In this document: positions 37,833 to 46,934 of the stretch, one piece after another
Position numbering within the stretch: the stretch's first letter is position 1
How the letters are laid out: the number at the start of each line of letters is the position of its first letter
Origin: Planctomycetaceae bacterium
GTDB lineage: Bacteria; Planctomycetota; Planctomycetia; Pirellulales; Pirellulaceae
Length of the DNA: 64,000 bases
NCBI GenBank assembly: GCA_947463915.1
Contig: CANHVO010000004.1
Coordinates: forward strand, 2,022-66,021
Direction of reading: 5' to 3'
Position numbers and translations under genes: made by a program
Notes under the pieces: generated by a model
The model's database searches: none
The model's input: the letters and a program-made list of their open reading frames with translations, nothing else
Told to the model about the DNA's origin: nothing

Positions 37833-40800
37833 ATGCGAATACTGCGATGCACCAGCAATCATTTCTATCGATCTGCTTTGGCTATTTGGATTGCCCTATT
37901 TGTTTCTGCGGGCTTCGCTGCGTTTGCTGATGATCTGGTTTGCCATTGGGCCGACGTACCCATTCTGATCGATGGCTCGGACGAGGACGCAGCCTGGAAG
38001 AATGCGACCGTCATTGATCGATTTCGAATCCCCGCCAGTAACGATCCAATTCCGCGGGCAGCGACTCGTGCCCGATTGCTTTGGGATCGACAGTATCTTT
38101 ATTTCTTTGCTGAACTGGAGGACCGCGATTTGTTTGCGGATGTAAACGAGCATGATGGCAAAACTTGGGACAACGACGTCTTCGAGATCTTCCTGAAACC
38201 GAGTCGCGAGGCGACCGGGTACTATGAATTTCAGATCAACGCTGCTGGCACTAAAATGGATATGTTTCTGCCAGACCAAAAGAGCGGCGGTTACAACTCG
38301 CTGAAATCAAGCGACAGTTTTCATTGGAAGACTCAAGTTCGACGCGATGGGACGCTTAACCAACGGGGCGATCGAGATCACTCTTGGACTGTCGAAGGCC
38401 GGATACCTTGGCTCGATTTGATGCCAACAGGGGGCAGGCCCGATATCGATGAGGTCTGGCAGTTGGCCCTATGTCGCTATGACTACACACTAAACACACA
38501 ACCGGAGCTAAGTAGCTGTGCCCCATTGACCAAGCTCGATTTTCACCGCTGCGAGGATTACGCAACGGTTCGTTTTGCGCCGGCAAGCGAAATAAATGCA
38601 ACTGCGCATGCACTTCGCCATCGCCCGCACTTTGCCGACACGTTGGTTGCTGGATCGCCGGAACCACCACTTCCCTATCGAGCCGTTCGAGCTTATCCCG
38701 ACTTGAAATTAGAATGGCCCATTGATGTTCAAGTTGAGCCGGGCAGCAAACGCTTGATCGTAATCGAAGAGCAAGGAGCCTACGGTCCTACTAAAATCAT
38801 GCGTACCACCGACGCATCGAATCAAACGGAATTGGAGTTGCTTTTCGATCCCAAAGGAGTGGCTTACAGTATCGCTTTCCATCCAAACTTCCTGGAAAAT
38901 GGATTCATGTACATCGGAAGCAATGGGAAGAACGAAGGAGAAAAACACAAGAGCCATATCGTTCGGCGCACACTCGCTCGAACCGCTCCCTTCGGCCTAG
39001 TTGGCGACGAGATGGTCGTGATCGATTGGGAATCGAATGGGCACAATGGCGCCGCGCTGACCTTTGGTAAGGATGGGATGATGTACGTGACTACCGGTGA
39101 TGGCACCTCGGATTCGGACGCCAATGTCGTGGGTCAAGACTTATCAAAGCTGCTTGCCAAAGTACTGCGGATCGATGTAGACCATCCATCGCCTGGCCGA
39201 AGCTATTCCGTTCCAAAGGATAACCCGTTTTCCAACGTTGCCAACTCGGTTCCTGAAACATGGGCCTATGGACTTAGGAATCCCTGGCGAATAACGACCG
39301 ATGCCAAGACTGGGCATATTTGGGTCGGTAACAACGGCCAGGACATGTGGGAGCAAGTCTACTTGATAGAGCGTGGAGCGAACTACGGTTGGTCGGTCTT
39401 CGAAGGAGGACATCCTTTCTACTCAAAGCGGCAGCTTGGACCTACTCCTCATGTTTTGCCTACCGTCGATCATCCTCACAGTGAGGCGCGATCGCTGACA
39501 GGCGGCGTGGTTTACTATGGTGACAAATTGCCCGAACTGAGAGGTGCGTATGTTTATGGCGATTATTCGACAGGCAAGATCTGGGCGATCAAACACGATG
39601 GTACAGCAATCGTATGGCATCGGGAAATTGCCGACACGCCGTTTCAGATCTCCGCTATCTCGGTTGATGTGAATGGCGAGTTGATCGTGGTCGACCATCG
39701 CGGTGACAAACAAGGAGGACTGTATCATTTGGAGCTTGTGCCATCCGACTCCAAGCCAAATCGCTTCCCGCGTTTTCTGAGTGAAACGGGGCTGATGCAA
39801 AATATGCCTCAACATCAAGTTGAACGAGGCCTTATTCCCTACAGCGTTAATGCTCCGTTCTGGTCCGATGGCGCCTTGAAATCAAGGTACATTGCGTTGC
39901 CAACGGACGGTCAAATAGAAATACCCGATCAGTGGGCTTGGCAGTTCCCGGACAAGACAGTCATCGTGAAATCGTTTGCTTTGGAACATGTCGCCGGCGA
40001 TCCTGCTTCGAAACATTGGATCGAAACCAGACTGCTGGTTAAGGAACAAGGGGAATGGGTCGGATACTCCTACGCATGGAATAAGGAGCAAACCGAAGCG
40101 GAGTTGGTGGCTGCTGGCGGGCGAGACGAAGATTTTTCGATTGTGGAGCCTGATGGTGTTCGTACTCAGCGATGGCACTATCCAAGCCGAACGGAATGCA
40201 TGGTTTGCCATACTCGAGCAGCAGGCTATTTGCTTGGGCTGACAACCGTCCAGATGAATAGGCAACAGGATTATGGAAATGGGCTGAAGAGCAATCAGCT
40301 CGATGCATTGGAAAGTATGGGGGTACTGAAAACCAATTGGATGACTCACGCACAAGACGCGATGCGAGCTCAAATGGCGGTGGAGGGGCACTCCAAAGAG
40401 AAAATTGAGTCGGAGCTATCCAAGTTAAAGCCGATGGCAGGCCAAAGAACTGTTAAAACGAATGGCATGATGGGGAAGATGGGCGGCGAGAATCGCAAGC
40501 TGGTCGATCCGCACGACACCTCTTCTAATCTTGAGCAACGCGCCCGCGCGTTTTTGCATTCAAACTGCGCCTACTGCCACGTTGAAGCGGGCGGCGGCAA
40601 TGCCAAAATGAATCTTTCGTACTATGCGGAGCTTGAGCAAATGAACATTGTGGGCGTCGAGCCGATCCACCATCACTTCGACAAGTCAGACGCCAAGCTC
40701 ATTGCGCCTGGCTCTCCAGACAGGTCGGTGTTGCTACATCGAGTGGGGATTCGCGGACCTGGACAAATGCCACAGTTGTCAACCAATCTTGTCGATCAAA

Positions 40801-40844
40801 AATCGCTTGCGATGTTAAAAGCGTGGGTCGCTGAAATCAAGTAG
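37833..40844 (+). CDS. CBM9-like sugar-binding domain + glucose/sorbosone (PQQ-type) dehydrogenase + diheme cytochrome c fusion
   Basis: IDGSDEDAAW/TRARLLWD/NDVFEIF (CBM9-like); HNGAALTFGKDG, WAYGLRNPWR, GANYGW (GSDH propeller); CMVCH and CAYCH heme motifs. The ORF track GTG at 37785 lies in a repeat. Confidence 0.85.
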   Translation: MRILRCTSNHFYRSALAIWIALFVSAGFAAFADDLVCHWADVPILIDGSDEDAAWKNATVIDRFRIPASNDPIPRAATRARLLWDRQYLYFFAELEDRDLFADVNEHDGKTWDNDVFEIFLKPSREATGYYEFQINAAGTKMDMFLPDQKSGGYNSLKSSDSFHWKTQVRRDGTLNQRGDRDHSWTVEGRIPWLDLMPTGGRPDIDEVWQLALCRYDYTLNTQPELSSCAPLTKLDFHRCEDYATVRFAPASEINATAHALRHRPHFADTLVAGSPEPPLPYRAVRAYPDLKLEWPIDVQVEPGSKRLIVIEEQGAYGPTKIMRTTDASNQTELELLFDPKGVAYSIAFHPNFLENGFMYIGSNGKNEGEKHKSHIVRRTLARTAPFGLVGDEMVVIDWESNGHNGAALTFGKDGMMYVTTGDGTSDSDANVVGQDLSKLLAKVLRIDVDHPSPGRSYSVPKDNPFSNVANSVPETWAYGLRNPWRITTDAKTGHIWVGNNGQDMWEQVYLIERGANYGWSVFEGGHPFYSKRQLGPTPHVLPTVDHPHSEARSLTGGVVYYGDKLPELRGAYVYGDYSTGKIWAIKHDGTAIVWHREIADTPFQISAISVDVNGELIVVDHRGDKQGGLYHLELVPSDSKPNRFPRFLSETGLMQNMPQHQVERGLIPYSVNAPFWSDGALKSRYIALPTDGQIEIPDQWAWQFPDKTVIVKSFALEHVAGDPASKHWIETRLLVKEQGEWVGYSYAWNKEQTEAELVAAGGRDEDFSIVEPDGVRTQRWHYPSRTECMVCHTRAAGYLLGLTTVQMNRQQDYGNGLKSNQLDALESMGVLKTNWMTHAQDAMRAQMAVEGHSKEKIESELSKLKPMAGQRTVKTNGMMGKMGGENRKLVDPHDTSSNLEQRARAFLHSNCAYCHVEAGGGNAKMNLSYYAELEQMNIVGVEPIHHHFDKSDAKLIAPGSPDRSVLLHRVGIRGPGQMPQLSTNLVDQKSLAMLKAWVAEIK

Positions 40845-42159
40845 CTTGAGCGGCTGGCCGTCGGAGTGTTGCGAATAACGGATTAGTTCGATGGAGGACT
40901 CGGCTTTCCCGAATCGCGATTGCGAGAACAGCACCTATCCCAAGCGTGACCAGGATATCTTCCTTGGTCGCTAGTTCCGCCGATTCTTGCGAATCAAAAC
41001 CAACTCCGATTGCCGATGGTGCTTGCGCATCGGACTCGCTACGCGACTGGACCATATTGGTGGAGCCGATGAACAATTGAAGGACTTCAAATGGATTCGT
41101 ACTTGCCTTTGAGACTACACCTAGGCGTTGCGAGTTTGCCGCTTGATCGCGAATTTCAATCATTCCTTTCGGAACGGGCAAACGTTTTGCGTTGACGGCC
41201 AACTCATCGATAATGGACTCGACTTGAGCTCTTTGAATTTGCCTTAAGAGCGCTTCGCTTTGCTGTTGAGTTCGTAGTAGTGAAGCTTTGGATTGAGTGC
41301 CATTGGGCCGATTTAATTCGGCTCGAAGACTGCCGTCCATTGCGAACGTAAGCATTCCATCTTTCGTCGGTTTAGCAGATTCTGTATTGGCGCCGATGAC
41401 CTGACTCGTTTGAGTTAGACCTTTCGCATTCGATGAAACCGAGGCAAGCTCGTTCAAAGATGAATTCGATTGCAGCACGCTAACTTGAGGAACAATTGAA
41501 ACGGGATGGAAGTCACGTTTCGAGTTCAAGTTGTCCGAGAGAGGTGACGCGCTGACTGTTCGAATTGCGGATGAATTGACTAAGTTGCTCGATTGTGCTT
41601 GCAATGAAAGTGGCTTCGTCACGCTTGACTCTGGCCTCGAAACACTTTGGTTTTGTCCAGTGCTAGCAGCGGATTGTTGCGAGTTTTGCTTCACCGCAGC
41701 ACTAACGCTCGACTGTGTTGCCGATAGGGTATGCGGAGTTACCGATACAATGGGTGGTTCAGAGCCGCGGACTTGTGCGGATGGTTTTACCTGAAGTTCA
41801 CCCTCCGCGAGGGTGTTTCCTGGGCTATGGGACGGTGGAGGTTGAGTTGGATGTTCTGCCCTCCCCGCGTCTTCTCCCTCACCGGTCATTTTCCCTAGGG
41901 ATGGATGCGCATTAAAACGGACGAAATCGTATTTCGGCAAAAAGCGGTAAGCCGGAAGCTGCTGAATTCCGATCTGCTGAATCTCGACGGAGCCAGACCG
42001 ATTCGCAAAGATTACGGTGCGTACCTCACGGCTTGGGCCATCATTTCTTGATGGCGATTCGAATCCGATCAACCTGAATGGGTAAGAATCGCTATTCAAC
42101 GCAATGCGGGCGTCCAGTTGCTCGAACGAGAGGTGGCGTTTCGACTTTTGGCGGACCAT
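40837..42159 (-). CDS. Low-complexity Ser/Gln-rich protein with planctomycete extracellular leader and C-terminal TM
   Basis: RHLSFEQLDARIAL leader from ATG 42159; C-terminal ILVTLGIGAVLAIAI followed by a basic tail. Confidence 0.65.
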   Translation of the reverse strand: MVRQKSKRHLSFEQLDARIALNSDSYPFRLIGFESPSRNDGPSREVRTVIFANRSGSVEIQQIGIQQLPAYRFLPKYDFVRFNAHPSLGKMTGEGEDAGRAEHPTQPPPSHSPGNTLAEGELQVKPSAQVRGSEPPIVSVTPHTLSATQSSVSAAVKQNSQQSAASTGQNQSVSRPESSVTKPLSLQAQSSNLVNSSAIRTVSASPLSDNLNSKRDFHPVSIVPQVSVLQSNSSLNELASVSSNAKGLTQTSQVIGANTESAKPTKDGMLTFAMDGSLRAELNRPNGTQSKASLLRTQQQSEALLRQIQRAQVESIIDELAVNAKRLPVPKGMIEIRDQAANSQRLGVVSKASTNPFEVLQLFIGSTNMVQSRSESDAQAPSAIGVGFDSQESAELATKEDILVTLGIGAVLAIAIRESRVLHRTNPLFATLRRPAAQAT

Positions 42160-42255
42160 GTTTTGCCCCGGATGTTTTTGAAAAGCTGGGCCGACGAGAC
42201 GCATCGGCAACGACGCCCACTTCTGTTTTATCATAGATGTAAATCGATTGGAAAA

Positions 42256-44811
42256 CTACAGCGAAGACAAGTTCGCTTGGATTTGTTTTAGAACCCCGGA
42301 CTCGTTCGAATGTTCTGGCAAGAGCTTACATACACGTTGTTGGTATTCGCTCGCCTTTCGAAAGGCATCGGTGGCTGATCTTTTGTCACCGTTGCTTTTC
42401 ATCAATACGCCGAGATTGTTCCACATACCTGCTGCGCGCTGGGCAGCACCAGCGTCATTCAAATCGGAATCCGCTGCTGTTCCTGCGATGGAAATTGCCC
42501 TTCGAAACGCAGCGTCCGCGTCACTCTTTCGGGCTAGCGACGAACATGCCATGCCGAGATTATTCAGGCTGATCGAAAGCTCACGGCGCGGGGCAGACGA
42601 GGGTGACGCAAGAGCGCTCACTCGATCGAAGTGCTCAATCGCTTGCTTGTACCATTCAATCGCCTCACGAGTTCTTCCGTTTCGAAAGAGGGCAGAGGCA
42701 GAGTTATCGCAGGCCAAGGCCAATCGCAGAATTGCCTCCGGAGTTTCTTTTCTTTTGACCGCTTTTTGTCGCAAAGCCAAGCCCTGCGCTGCGGCCTTTT
42801 CGGCTGGTTCAGGTCGACCAGCCTCGCCAAGCAGAACAGAAAAATTGATCAGAGTATTCGCGAGGTAGTCGTCTGCGATTTCATCTTGCTCCCCAGAGTC
42901 CGACGACGCTTTGGTTTTTTCGTTACTTAAGCCTTCGAGGATGACGATTGCTTCGGCGCTTTCTTGGATCGCCTTCTCGATTTCTCCTCGACGAAATGCG
43001 ACCATCGCTTGAGTGTGGTGTGAGAGAGCTTTGGCTCGTGCGCGACGATCCGAATCAGGTATCGAGTCTGCGATGCCGTTGGCTTCGTTTAGCAATGCCT
43101 TGCTAAATTTTTGGTCCCCTTGGTTGCTTCGAAGAAGCACCCATTCATGAATCGCCAAATGCAGGGTCGAGGCGATCCCCGAGTTAGTATTATCCCTGTA
43201 GGCAACGCGTAATGCTGTGACTGCGTCGCGATAAGCCGCGTCCGCTTCATCGACGCTGCCGAGGGTCTGAGTGAGCCTCGCAATTTTCAGCGTGGTGTCT
43301 GCAACATCGATAGCAAGCCGAGGATCGTTGTTAGCAGACGCGATAAACAACTCGTAGTAACCTAGCGTTTCATCGAGCAGTTCGCGACGCAGTTTTTCCG
43401 TACCAGAAAGCTGGCTCAAGCGTTCGGCGAATCTCAGGCCAAGAGTGTCCACGGCATCGCGGGCCTGCCTGTAATGCAAATCCGAGGAGCGAAGGGCAAG
43501 TTCGGTCGATCGCTTTTCGTTCCCCATCTGAAAATTGAAAGCGCTAAGGACCATGATCGCAACCATTGAAACCAGCAATGCCACCGCGATTCGCCCCGAA
43601 TGGATGCTGGTCCAATTCTTAGCTCGTTCGCCGAAGCTAACCGTATTGGCCAAAATTGGCTGCCCAGTTGAAAACCGAAGCAGATCTTCTGCAACCAAGG
43701 CAGCGGACTGGTAGCGATCGGCTCGCTCAGGTCGCATGGCCCGTCGAATGATCGTTTCAAGGTCTCGAGGTAAATTGCGATTGTATGCCGCAGGTCTCAG
43801 CGGCTCTGAAGTTTGGATGCGACTGAGTATCTCGCCTCGCGCCATTCCGCTAAACGGTGAGTGCCCCGTAAAGAGTTCGTAAAGCGTGGCTCCCAGGCTA
43901 TAAATATCGGAACGGCAATCGATCCGCTCGCGTTTGCCGGAAGCTTGCTCGGGACTCATGTATTGGAATGTGCCAATAATGTCGCCAGAGTATGTCAGAT
44001 GGAGTCCGTCCTCAACATGCGCCAAACCAAAATCGGTTATCCAAACATGGTCCGAGGAATCGATTAGCAGATTGGACGGCTTGATGTCTCGATGAACAAT
44101 ACCCATCGTATGGGCCGCGTGCAACGCGTCGGCCACATTTGCCATCTCTTTAGCCAACGTTTGGTAAAACTCAGCTCCTGACGGAGGTGTCGCTACTGAA
44201 TCGGCGTCTCGATGAAAGGCTGCATCGATGCGTTGCGATAGCGAAGTGCCATCGATCAGCTTCATTGTGTAGTAGTGTCGGCCGTTGTCGCAACCTATGT
44301 GATAGACCGGAACAATGCTGGGGTGATTCAATGATTCTGCGGCTCGAGCCTCGCGGCGAAAGCGTTCGATGGAACTTTGGTTTCTCATTCCTTGAGTTTC
44401 TAGGAACTTGATCGCAACCTCGTTCCCCATGGGCTCTTGCGTGGCTGCATAGACAACGCCCATCGCTCCGCGCCCAAGCTGACGCCCTATCTGAAAGCCA
44501 TCCACGCTTTGCGATGGGCTCAAGCCTAACGATTCCGTTGTCCCTCCGATATTCGATTCGCCGGTTCCCTGCACGCGATTTAGCATTCGAATGCTCTCGA
44601 GGGAAGATCGAAGCGGGCCAGCAAGTTCTGGATACTCGGCAACAATCGATTCGACCGACGGACATCGCCCATTCTCGAGATCGACCAAATAGCGATCCAA
44701 GATTAAAACAACTCGGTCTTGCGTTTCCGAATCCAATCGATCTATCCAGTCCGTGCCCGAAGGCTCGCTAAATCTGTTCAGATTGAATCCTTGTTTGGGT
44801 GGATGACTCAC
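42256..44811 (-). CDS. Ser/Thr protein kinase with TM and TPR-like repeats
   Basis: LGRGAMGVVY, VAIK, HRDIKPSN, DFG, GTFQYMSPE; TM; helical repeats. GTG start overlaps the sigma stop codon (GTGA). Confidence 0.93.
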   Translation of the reverse strand: MSHPPKQGFNLNRFSEPSGTDWIDRLDSETQDRVVLILDRYLVDLENGRCPSVESIVAEYPELAGPLRSSLESIRMLNRVQGTGESNIGGTTESLGLSPSQSVDGFQIGRQLGRGAMGVVYAATQEPMGNEVAIKFLETQGMRNQSSIERFRREARAAESLNHPSIVPVYHIGCDNGRHYYTMKLIDGTSLSQRIDAAFHRDADSVATPPSGAEFYQTLAKEMANVADALHAAHTMGIVHRDIKPSNLLIDSSDHVWITDFGLAHVEDGLHLTYSGDIIGTFQYMSPEQASGKRERIDCRSDIYSLGATLYELFTGHSPFSGMARGEILSRIQTSEPLRPAAYNRNLPRDLETIIRRAMRPERADRYQSAALVAEDLLRFSTGQPILANTVSFGERAKNWTSIHSGRIAVALLVSMVAIMVLSAFNFQMGNEKRSTELALRSSDLHYRQARDAVDTLGLRFAERLSQLSGTEKLRRELLDETLGYYELFIASANNDPRLAIDVADTTLKIARLTQTLGSVDEADAAYRDAVTALRVAYRDNTNSGIASTLHLAIHEWVLLRSNQGDQKFSKALLNEANGIADSIPDSDRRARAKALSHHTQAMVAFRRGEIEKAIQESAEAIVILEGLSNEKTKASSDSGEQDEIADDYLANTLINFSVLLGEAGRPEPAEKAAAQGLALRQKAVKRKETPEAILRLALACDNSASALFRNGRTREAIEWYKQAIEHFDRVSALASPSSAPRRELSISLNNLGMACSSLARKSDADAAFRRAISIAGTAADSDLNDAGAAQRAAGMWNNLGVLMKSNGDKRSATDAFRKASEYQQRVCKLLPEHSNESGVLKQIQANLSSL

Positions 44812-45425
44812 GACGCACTCTCGGAAAGATAAGCAGCCCGAAGTCGGTTAATCGCTCTCAGCCATAACAATCTAACAGCCTGTGGCGAACGATTCATGTG
44901 CGCTGCGATTTCGTCGAACGGTAGTCCGCCAAAGTTGCGCAGGGCAATGACCTTTTGATAGTCTTCGGAGAGCATCGCGACGTAATCGGCAACCCTTAGC
45001 GATTCTTCTTCCCCAGAGACGATTTGGCTGGGCGACGCTTGATTGAGCGCGAGAAAATTCCCCATTCCAACGCAGCTCGATTCAAGACAGGATTGAATCG
45101 CATCGATTGAAACTTCTCGCCGAACATCTCGTTTGCCAGCCTTCACGTTATGCTCGATTGCGCGGAGCAAGCATCGGGATAGGACGGTTCTTAGCCAAGA
45201 GCTGAACTCTGCTTGCGTTGTCCCTTGGAAGTCCCCTAAATCGCGGTGGGCGGCAAGCATGGTGTCCTGAACAATGTCAGATGGGCTGACGCGTTTTCCG
45301 ACTGGCCGTCCCATTTGCGAAGCGGCAAGCACGCGCATGTAATTGCGGTACGGCTCTAGCAAATCACCCACTGCTTCCGAGGCTCCTGATCGAGCCGCAG
45401 CAATTTTCGAAGCAAAGTTCGTCAT
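44808..45425 (-). CDS. ECF sigma-70 factor, TIGR02984 (Planctomycetaceae subfamily 1)
   Basis: GDLLEPYRNYM, KRVSPSDIVQDT, DFQGTTQAEFSSWLR, KRDVRREVSI, LLWLRA. Confidence 0.92.
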   Translation of the reverse strand: MTNFASKIAAARSGASEAVGDLLEPYRNYMRVLAASQMGRPVGKRVSPSDIVQDTMLAAHRDLGDFQGTTQAEFSSWLRTVLSRCLLRAIEHNVKAGKRDVRREVSIDAIQSCLESSCVGMGNFLALNQASPSQIVSGEEESLRVADYVAMLSEDYQKVIALRNFGGLPFDEIAAHMNRSPQAVRLLWLRAINRLRAAYLSESAS

Positions 45426-45652
45426 GAATCACACACGATTCTCACCCGGAAAACCTCCGAAATCGAAAAAACTCACGAAGACCCAATGCCCAACGAAAAC
45501 GATTGATTCGGTAGTTTAGTATACTCCAGTTGTCGGTTGGATTCACGGTTTTGGTGGGTGTTGTAGGCTGCGTTGGTGTTGGCGTTTTGGTCACCGGTGG
45601 GGTTGTTACTACTGGTTGGGTGGTAGAGAGGACATCTCGCTCTCGCTTTTTG

Positions 45653-45766
45653 AGGTTGCACACTTGTGTTTTCGTAGCAGAATTCGTGAGAATTCTGGCC
45701 GCGTATTGATTGCAAAGAGTCTGAATTCTCACGAATTCAGCTACATTTCTTGATACAGTGCAACCT
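45653..45766. mobile_element. Non-autonomous MITE-like element with 9-bp terminal IRs enclosing a GTAG REPIN
   Basis: aggttgcac...gtgcaacct ends; internal GTAGCAGAATTCGTGAGAATTCTG...CTGAATTCTCACGAATTCAGCTAC at 45674-45744. Confidence 0.6.
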
Positions 45767-45767
45767 A

Positions 45768-46694
45768 CTACCGACGCGCTCGAATGGCGGCCGTTAAAGG
45801 TGTTTTCGATTTACCATGTTCGCGACCTTCATCATGATCTCTTCCGTTCCCAACACCAAGTCTCTGAACCGTGTTACCGCCGACAATCGCATCGGCCCCA
45901 ACGGTCACTTGATCCGTCGATGTTTTGGACCTCACTCGCAAATCCCCAGCAATTTCGCCCGAATGAGTTAGCGTGTTATCGCCTGCCCCCAAAGAAGCCA
46001 AAACGCTACGTCCAACAAAACCAGTTGTTTCGACGGTTACTATGTCATTGCCGTCGCCTGCTTTCAATACGAGGCTCTGTTCGATGGCCCCGGCAACACT
46101 CACTGTGTTATCGCCTTTGCCCAGACTCAAGCCCGCGGATTTGCCGATCGTCGCTTCAGCAAGAATGGTAATCGTGTCTTTATCGCCCCCCCCAGAAACG
46201 AGAAGACTTCCCGCTATGCCGGCTCCGGTTTTCAATGAATTCGAGCCGTCGCCAAGCATCGCGTAGACATTTCGCCCCACCGTCGTCCCCGCTGCAAGCT
46301 CTAGATCGTCGCGGCCACTTCCTCCCTTGTAGCTCATGCTACCCTTGATGCTACCAGTCGCAAGCACCAACGAGTTGTCGCCACCACCTAGATTGGCCAT
46401 CACGCGATCTACGCTTGCCCCATCCAACTTGAGCGTAACGACATCGTTCGCCGTACCAGAAGTGTCGAGATTGATGTTGATGGACTTTACGCCATCAAAC
46501 GTACCGATTGAAATTCCATTATCCGTGACTTCGATTTGCGAACTGCTCTTGGCAACAATCTCAACGGGGCCATCCGAGTCGCCAGTGACTTTGAGGAGAC
46601 CATTTTCAACTACGGAGGCGACCGCGAGGAGTTTTCTGGACTCAAGTTGCTCGATGCTTTGAAAAAGTGGTGTTTTGCGGCGAAGTTTTGTCAT
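45768..46694 (-). CDS. Secreted beta-rich repeat protein with planctomycete extracellular leader
   Basis: SIEQLESRKLLA leader from ATG 46694; Gly/Asp-rich repeats (LGxGDNxL, GxGxDxV), like a beta-helix or beta-roll. Confidence 0.75.
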   Translation of the reverse strand: MTKLRRKTPLFQSIEQLESRKLLAVASVVENGLLKVTGDSDGPVEIVAKSSSQIEVTDNGISIGTFDGVKSININLDTSGTANDVVTLKLDGASVDRVMANLGGGDNSLVLATGSIKGSMSYKGGSGRDDLELAAGTTVGRNVYAMLGDGSNSLKTGAGIAGSLLVSGGGDKDTITILAEATIGKSAGLSLGKGDNTVSVAGAIEQSLVLKAGDGNDIVTVETTGFVGRSVLASLGAGDNTLTHSGEIAGDLRVRSKTSTDQVTVGADAIVGGNTVQRLGVGNGRDHDEGREHGKSKTPLTAAIRARR

Positions 46695-46934
46695 TTTCGA
46701 GTTCCTGCTAAGTCTTGTTTTTTGAGAACAGAAAGCATCCATGCCAGAGAAGCGTTCCATAGTTCAGAAGGACGAAAAGCCGGAAAAGTGTTTCGGCATC
46801 AGCAAAAGATTTCTGTATTCCTTTGTAATGCTTGCATCTGTTTCGAGAAGGAACTCGTATTCTCCATGGAAGACGCGAGTCGCGAGGTTCGGATGCAAAA
46901 TGTTGTTTCTGCGAGAAATGATTCTTTCCACACC

